The notes under the pieces were generated by a model. That model saw only the letters and a program-made list of their open reading frames with translations. It did not search any database and was not told the origin of the DNA. From assembly GCA_020028535.1 (NCBI GenBank), contig JAIBHM010000002.1, positions 1 to 32,761 of the forward strand: a DNA stretch of 32,761 nucleotides. The letters are read 5' to 3'. Of the stretch, positions 27,965 through 32,761 are shown piece by piece. The DNA comes from Armatimonadota bacterium. GTDB lineage: Bacteria > Sysuimicrobiota > Sysuimicrobiia > Sysuimicrobiales > Kaftiobacteriaceae. Both the position numbers and the translations under genes were made by a program. Numbering within the stretch: the stretch's first letter is position 1; the number at the start of each line of letters is the position of its first letter.

Positions 27965-29890
27965 ATGCGCCAGGTCAAAACGGTCAGACAGATCAACCCC
28001 ACCGGACGCCTCACCGAGCGCGAGACATTGCGGCGCAAGGCCGAGGCGCTCTTCGGCGTATTGACGAGCCTTTACGGGCAGGAGCGCCTGGGCAAGCGCG
28101 TGGAACGCGCCGGCGCGCGCGCGATGATGAGCAGCCCGCAACTGGGCCGCCGGGTCCTGGCGCTGCAGCGGCTGGTCTTCGATGACGCAAACATGAGCAC
28201 CGTCCCCCGCGAGGCGGAGATCCCCGCTGTGCTGGAGGACCTGCAGGAGCGCATCGCCGACCTCATGGCCCGCAAGTCCATCGAGGACGAGATCGAGCGC
28301 CGCGTGCAGGACCGCATGAAGGAGCGCCAGGACGAGTACCTGCGTGCTATCCGCATGCAGGTGATGCAGGATTCCCTCGGTCCGGAGACCGAGTCGACGC
28401 GGCGCAAGCTCGAGGAGCTGCACCAACTGGAACAGGTCCGTCTGGCGCGCACCGCGCTGGAAGCGCTGCGACCGCGCAAGCTCGCGCAGGTGGTGGGACA
28501 GACACGGGCCATCCGCTCGCTCCTGGCCAAGCTGGCTGTGCCCATCCCACAGCACGTGATCCTCTACGGCCCGCCGGGTGTCGGCAAGACCACAGTCGCA
28601 CGGCTGGCACTGGAAGAAGCCAAGCGACTGCGACAGAGCCCGTTCCGGCAAGAGGCGCCGTTCATCGAGGTGGACGCCTCGACTTTGCGCTGGGACTCTC
28701 GCGAGGCCACGAATCCGCTGCTGGGGTCCGTGCATGATCCCATTTACCAGGGATCGCGCCGCGAGTTCGCCGAGCAGGGAATCCCCGAGCCGAAGCTCGG
28801 GCTCGTCACCCGCGCGCACGGCGGCGTGCTGTTCATCGACGAGATCGGCGAGTTCGACGCGGTGCTGCAGTCGAAACTGCTGAAGGTCCTGGAAGACAAA
28901 CGGGTCCACTTCGAATCGAGCTATTACGACGCGGCCAACCCACAGGTGCCCGGTTACGTGAGGCGTCTCTTTGAACAGGGCGCGCCGGCAGACTTCATCC
29001 TCATCGGGGCGACGACCAAGGAGCCCGAGGAGATCAGCCCGACCCTGCGCTCGCGCTGCGCGGAGGTCTTCTTCGATCCACTCTCGCAGGAGGACGTCGA
29101 GAAGATCGTACGCCAGGCGGCCAAGCGGGTGGGCGTGGAGCTGGAAGGTGGGGTACCGCTGACGATCAGCGAGTACACGGTGGAGGGCCGCAAAGCCGTC
29201 AACCTGCTGGCCGACGCCTACGGCGTGGCGCTCTACCGCCGGCGCGGCCGCGGTCACCCACGCATCACCCGGCACGATCTGCTCGAGGTCATCCGGAGCG
29301 GCCGGCTCGCCTCGACGACGCCGACCAAGGCGTCGGACGTTCCCGAAATTGGGAAGGTGTTCGCGCTCGGCGTCACGCAATACGTCGGATCGCTGATCGA
29401 GATCGAAGCGACGGCATTTGCGGTGGGAAAGCGCCAGCGCGGCAACATCCGCTTCAACGAGACCGCCGGCACGATGGCCAAGGATTCAGTCTTCAACGCC
29501 GCCTCGGTGATCAGGAAGGTGGCCGGCATCGACGTCAGCAACTACGACGTTCACGTGAACGTGATCGGTGGCGGTCTGATTGATGGTCCCAGCGCCGGGC
29601 TCGCCGTCGTGCTGGCTATGCTGAGCGCGATTCAGAAAAAGCCCGTGCGCCAGGACGTCGCGGTGACGGGCGAGGTCTCCATCCAGGGGAAGGTCAAGCA
29701 GGTCGGCGGGATTCCCGAGAAGATCTACGGCGCGCGCCAGGCCGGGATGCGAAAGGTTGTCATCCCCGACGAGAACCGCAACGAGGTACCTTCTGACGTT
29801 CGAGGGATCGACGTGGTGACCGCGGGCAGCATCGAGGATGTGCTCTCCCACGTGTTCGCTTCGAAACGCGGCTCCAACGGGCGAAAATAG
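27965..29890 (+). CDS. Lon-family AAA+ serine protease (LonB/LonC-like, no LonA N-domain)
   Basis: Coiled-coil N-terminal region. Walker A ILYGPPGVGKTT, Walker B GVLFIDEIGEF, RSRC sensor. C-terminal Lon proteolytic domain with Ser in GLIDGPSAGLAV and Lys in GKVKQVGGIPEK. Confidence 0.85.
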   Translation: MRQVKTVRQINPTGRLTERETLRRKAEALFGVLTSLYGQERLGKRVERAGARAMMSSPQLGRRVLALQRLVFDDANMSTVPREAEIPAVLEDLQERIADLMARKSIEDEIERRVQDRMKERQDEYLRAIRMQVMQDSLGPETESTRRKLEELHQLEQVRLARTALEALRPRKLAQVVGQTRAIRSLLAKLAVPIPQHVILYGPPGVGKTTVARLALEEAKRLRQSPFRQEAPFIEVDASTLRWDSREATNPLLGSVHDPIYQGSRREFAEQGIPEPKLGLVTRAHGGVLFIDEIGEFDAVLQSKLLKVLEDKRVHFESSYYDAANPQVPGYVRRLFEQGAPADFILIGATTKEPEEISPTLRSRCAEVFFDPLSQEDVEKIVRQAAKRVGVELEGGVPLTISEYTVEGRKAVNLLADAYGVALYRRRGRGHPRITRHDLLEVIRSGRLASTTPTKASDVPEIGKVFALGVTQYVGSLIEIEATAFAVGKRQRGNIRFNETAGTMAKDSVFNAASVIRKVAGIDVSNYDVHVNVIGGGLIDGPSAGLAVVLAMLSAIQKKPVRQDVAVTGEVSIQGKVKQVGGIPEKIYGARQAGMRKVVIPDENRNEVPSDVRGIDVVTAGSIEDVLSHVFASKRGSNGRK

Positions 29891-29928
29891 CCCACACACC
29901 CCCGTTCGAAGGCAGTTTCCTCCCCAGG

Positions 29929-30002
29929 TTATCCACAGTAAATCTCCTGTGAATCCACGAAAAGCCCCCGTCTGTCCACAGAAAATCTGTGCGTTGTCCC
30001 CA
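29929..30002 (+). promoter_or_regulatory. Cluster of co-oriented DnaA-box-like 9-mers upstream of dnaB
   Basis: TTATCCACA at 29929-29937 is a perfect consensus. CTGTCCACA (29972-29980) and TTGTCCCCA (29994-30002) each have 2 mismatches. GAATCCACG (29951-29959) has 3 mismatches. All are on the same strand within 74 bp. Confidence 0.45.
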
Positions 30003-30111
30003 CTAAGAACATGATGTGCACACGTGCCCCACAAGGTGACTCACAGGAGGCCCTATAACCTCATCACGTACGACGTTCCTGCCGCTCACCTACCTGGGCT
30101 ATGGCGCGAAC

Positions 30112-30140
30112 TTGACAATGCGAACGTACGTTCGTATAAT
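30112..30140 (+). promoter_or_regulatory. dnaB promoter TTGACA-17-TATAAT with a perfect LexA (Cheo-type) palindrome CGAACGTACGTTCG (30121-30134) in the spacer
   Basis: Both hexamers are consensus and the spacing is 17 bp. The 14-bp palindrome has the exact GAAC-N4-GTTC core. RBS GGAGTGGAGG is at 30153-30162 and the dnaB GTG at 30171. Confidence 0.65.
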
Positions 30141-30170
30141 CACTTCCACCTCGGAGTGGAGGCATTCGGC

Positions 30171-32513
30171 GTGTCCCTGAGCACTTCGATCGACCGCGTT
30201 CCGCCGCAGAATCTCGACGCCGAGCAGGGAGTCCTAGGGTCGATGCTGCTTGACCGCGACGCGATTGCGCGCGTGGTCGAGCTGATCCGCGCCGAGGATT
30301 TCTACCGGGACGCCCACCGGCGGATCTACGAGTCGGTGACCGACCTCTTTGAGCGCGGAGAGCCGGTCGACCTTATCACCGTGACTGACCGGCTGCGCGA
30401 CAAGGGGCAACTGGACGACGTCGGCGGCGCCTCCTACGTCACGTCGCTGCTGAACTCCGTGCCGACCGCAGCCAACGTCGAGTACTACTCTCGCATCGTC
30501 TTGCAGAAGTCGATGCTGCGGCAACTGATCAGCGCCGGCACCCAGATCGCGCAGATGGGTTTCGAGGCTGCGCAAGACGTCGAGCTGCTCGTGGACCAGG
30601 CCGAGAAGCTGGTCTTCAGCATCGCCAGCCGGCGCATGCTTCAGGAGTTCCTGCCCATCCGCGAGATCCTGAAGGAAAGCTTCGAGCGGATCGATCGCCG
30701 GTATCAGGACAAGGGCACGGTGACCGGGGTGCCGATGGGCTTCAGCGACCTCGACCAGATGACGAGCGGACTGCAGCCGGCGGATCTCGTCATCGTGGCC
30801 GCGCGCCCCGCGATGGGCAAGTGCTTGAAATACGACGCCGAGATTGTGGACGCCCGGACCGGCGAAGTCTGCACGATCCAGGAGATCGTCAGCCGTACTC
30901 ACACCACACTGTGGACGTTAGACGGGCAGGCGCACCTGCGCACGGCCGAGCCCACGCGGTTCGTTGACGACGGCATCAAAGCCGTCTACCGCGTTCGCAC
31001 CGCTTCAGGCCGCGAAGTCGAAACCACGCTGGCGCATCCCTTCTGCACACCGCGGGGGTGGCAGCGTCTTGCCGACATCCGGGTCGGCGAGATGATTGCC
31101 GTGCCGGCGCGCCTGCCCGTGTTCGGAATCCTTGATCTGCCGTTGTACGAGGTCAAGCTGCTGGCGTACCTCTGTGCCAAGACGATGCCGACATCGCCGG
31201 TGCTGGCCACCGATTATGCGGACGCGGTGGCAGTCGGCGAGGCGATCCGGGCAGCCACCCGCCCCGGGGCCCCGGAGACCCGGACCGGGGCGCCGGAAGT
31301 ACCGGCGATGGCTCCGATCCAGGGCGCATCGGTCCCCGAAACAGTGAGCACGCTCCTGGCACGCCATTCGGATCTCGGACGGGAGGGCGAATCGCGACCA
31401 ATTCCGGCGCTCATCTACACTCTCACTCGAGATAAGCTCGCCCTGTTTCTCTCCCGGCTGCTCGCCTGCACGGGCTCGGTCGCCTCCGAGCCGGAAGTGG
31501 GCGTGCGCTGCGTCCTCCCGTCCACCCGGATGGCCAAGCAGGTACGTCACCTGCTGCTGCGCTTCGGCGTGGCGGCAACGGTCGATGGGACGTCACTCTC
31601 CATCTCCGGGGAACAGGCCCGGACTTTGTTCCGCGAGGTCGGCATTCTCGGATGGGAACGGCTGCGCACCTGGGCCCGCTACAATCAGGGCCGCTTGCTA
31701 CCTGAGACGGACATCTTGTGGGACGCGATCACCTCGATGGGATATACGGGCGACTTTCAAGTGTACGACCTGACCGTGCCCGATACGCACAACTTCATCG
31801 CCGACGACGTCTGCGTCCACAACACGACGCTCGCGCTGAACATCGCCGCACACGCCGCCATCCACCACCAGGTGCCGATCGCGATCTTCAGTCTGGAGAC
31901 GTCCAAGGAACAGTTGGTGCAGAGATTCTTATGCGCTGAGGCCGAGGTGGATGGGTCGAAGCTGCGCACCGGATTTCTGGCGGACTCCGACTGGCCGAAA
32001 CTGGCACGGGCCATGGGCAAGCTGTCCGAGGCGCCGGTCTTTGTTGACGACTCGGCTACTATCTCGGTCATTGAGATGCGCGCGAAGGCGCGGAAGCTCA
32101 AGGCCGAGCACGGGTTGGGCCTGATCGTCGTGGACTACCTGCAGATGATCCAGTCCTACAAGCGCACGGAGAACCGCACGCAGGAGATCTCGGAGATCGC
32201 GCGCTCGCTGAAGTCGCTGGCGAAAGAGCTGGGGATTCCACTGATTGCGATCTCACAATTGAGTCGAGCGGTCGAAGTCACGGGCACGCGGCGGCCATTG
32301 TTGTCACATCTTCGAGAATCTGGAGAATTGGAGCAAGTAGCCGATCTCGTGATATTCATTTACCGAGAAGACTACTACAACCCCGACACTGACAAGAAAA
32401 ATATCGCTGAGATTATCATCGCCAAGCACCGCAACGGACCGATCGGCCTTGTGGAATTGTTCTTCCACAAAGAGCATAGCCGCTTCAGGAATCTCGAGAA
32501 GCGGCGGCCGTAA
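30171..32513 (+). CDS. dnaB: Replicative DNA helicase DnaB, interrupted by an in-frame intein
   Basis: N-terminal domain PPQNLDAEQGVLGSMLLD...FYRDAHRRIYE. Walker A is split as AARPAMGK / TTLALNIA. Also SLETS, LIVVDYLQM, ISQLSRAVE, LRESGELEQVADLV, AKHRNGP. The exteins total 446 aa, a normal DnaB length. The GTG 30171 start is chosen because the longer ORF (30024) would contain its own promoter and operator. Confidence 0.95.
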   Translation: MSLSTSIDRVPPQNLDAEQGVLGSMLLDRDAIARVVELIRAEDFYRDAHRRIYESVTDLFERGEPVDLITVTDRLRDKGQLDDVGGASYVTSLLNSVPTAANVEYYSRIVLQKSMLRQLISAGTQIAQMGFEAAQDVELLVDQAEKLVFSIASRRMLQEFLPIREILKESFERIDRRYQDKGTVTGVPMGFSDLDQMTSGLQPADLVIVAARPAMGKCLKYDAEIVDARTGEVCTIQEIVSRTHTTLWTLDGQAHLRTAEPTRFVDDGIKAVYRVRTASGREVETTLAHPFCTPRGWQRLADIRVGEMIAVPARLPVFGILDLPLYEVKLLAYLCAKTMPTSPVLATDYADAVAVGEAIRAATRPGAPETRTGAPEVPAMAPIQGASVPETVSTLLARHSDLGREGESRPIPALIYTLTRDKLALFLSRLLACTGSVASEPEVGVRCVLPSTRMAKQVRHLLLRFGVAATVDGTSLSISGEQARTLFREVGILGWERLRTWARYNQGRLLPETDILWDAITSMGYTGDFQVYDLTVPDTHNFIADDVCVHNTTLALNIAAHAAIHHQVPIAIFSLETSKEQLVQRFLCAEAEVDGSKLRTGFLADSDWPKLARAMGKLSEAPVFVDDSATISVIEMRAKARKLKAEHGLGLIVVDYLQMIQSYKRTENRTQEISEIARSLKSLAKELGIPLIAISQLSRAVEVTGTRRPLLSHLRESGELEQVADLVIFIYREDYYNPDTDKKNIAEIIIAKHRNGPIGLVELFFHKEHSRFRNLEKRRP
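30822..31823 (+). mobile_element. DnaB intein (334 codons) inserted in the Walker A P-loop; HINT splicing domain plus a degenerate LAGLIDADG-type insert
   Basis: Starts with Cys1 (CLKYDAEIV, block A). TxxH block B (TTLAHPF). Block F/G reads VYDLTVPDTHNFIADDVCVHN, followed by +1 Thr. Removing it restores GKTTLALN. The N-terminal ~95 aa align by eye with the Synechocystis DnaB mini-intein sequence. Confidence 0.9.
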
Positions 32514-32556
32514 TCTCGCGGAAGTTTCATCCTGCGCGTCGAACCCCATCCGGTGA

Positions 32557-32761
32557 TGGGCAGCGTCCTGGCCCTCCTCTCCGCCATCGGCCACCACCGC
32601 CACCCTCATTTCCATCTCCACGAATCTCGTCGCGACATGGCTGCTCTCTATCCTGTTGGGCTCTCTGGGCCGGATCACGCTGCCTGCGGCGGCCACGCTG
32701 CTCCTCGCGGGAGTCTTCGCTCCGGCGCTTGCGCGCTTTACCTATTACGAATCCATGACGC
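32557..32761 (+). CDS. Possible 5' part of a membrane protein running off the window; start unresolved
   Basis: The frame is open from the TGA at 32554 to the window end. It has G/C-rich third positions and TM-like sequence (LVATWLLSILLGSLGRITLPAAATLLLAGVFAPALARF). The only canonical in-frame start is TTG 32656, with no obvious RBS. A second frame (ATG 32556, His-rich, lower third-position G/C by eye) is also open. Confidence 0.25.

Noticed and set aside
29891-30170. Possibility that the DnaA-box region upstream of dnaB is the chromosomal origin (oriC).
   Set aside because: There are no AT-rich 13-mer or DUE-like tracts, only one perfect box, and no flanking dnaA/dnaN. It is better explained as a DnaA-regulated promoter or titration cluster. 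GC-skew analysis of the whole replicon is needed.
30024-30170. The longer dnaB ORF starting at ATG 30024 (ORF track).
   Set aside because: It would translate through its own consensus promoter, LexA box and RBS. The encoded 49 residues (MPHKVTHRRPYNLITYDV...) have no DnaB similarity. GTG 30171 has a well-spaced GGAGTGGAGG.
32304-32696. 130-codon minus-strand ORF overlapping the 3' end of dnaB.
   Set aside because: It overlaps conserved DnaB C-terminal coding sequence in antisense. No motif and no RBS were seen.

Overview
This is a visibly high-GC bacterial chromosomal window (G+C not computed) made up almost entirely of housekeeping genes. I support 32 protein genes. All except trxB are on the + strand, and many are joined by ATGA/GTGA/TGATG start-stop overlaps.

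Gene order:
- 5'-truncated group II PLP decarboxylase
- phosphoribosyltransferase-gcvT-gcvH-gcvPA-gcvPB, then a threonine/serine dehydratase-family enzyme
- lexA, followed by an 80-codon membrane ORF and a degenerate RNase H-fold gene
- YibE/F membrane protein, membrane-anchored cytochrome c, tail-anchored TPR protein
- trxA and trxB, convergent
- one packed heat-shock operon: hspR-hsp20-dnaK-grpE-cbpA(type II J protein)-clpB
- membrane-fused spermidine-synthase-like protein
- DUF951, a polytopic 4xGAF-GGDEF cyclase, then ychF-rpsF-ssb-rpsR-DUF2232(yybS-like)-rplI, a Lon-family protease, and dnaB

The ychF to dnaB order is the origin-proximal synteny typical of Firmicutes/Clostridia, and the LexA sites are of the Gram-positive Cheo type. 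No rRNA, tRNA, CRISPR array, transposase or recognisable defence system was seen.

The most interesting signals cluster at dnaB:
- The helicase gene is split in its Walker A P-loop by a 334-codon intein whose LAGLIDADG motifs look decayed.
- Its promoter is a textbook TTGACA-17-TATAAT whose spacer is filled by a perfect LexA palindrome.
- A co-oriented DnaA-box cluster lies just upstream.

Other points worth a second look:
- the two genes translationally coupled to lexA
- a probable ATT start codon for the spermidine-synthase-like gene
- a triple-heptamer HAIR-like operator in front of hspR

No database search or computation was possible, so all family calls rest on motifs read directly from the translations.
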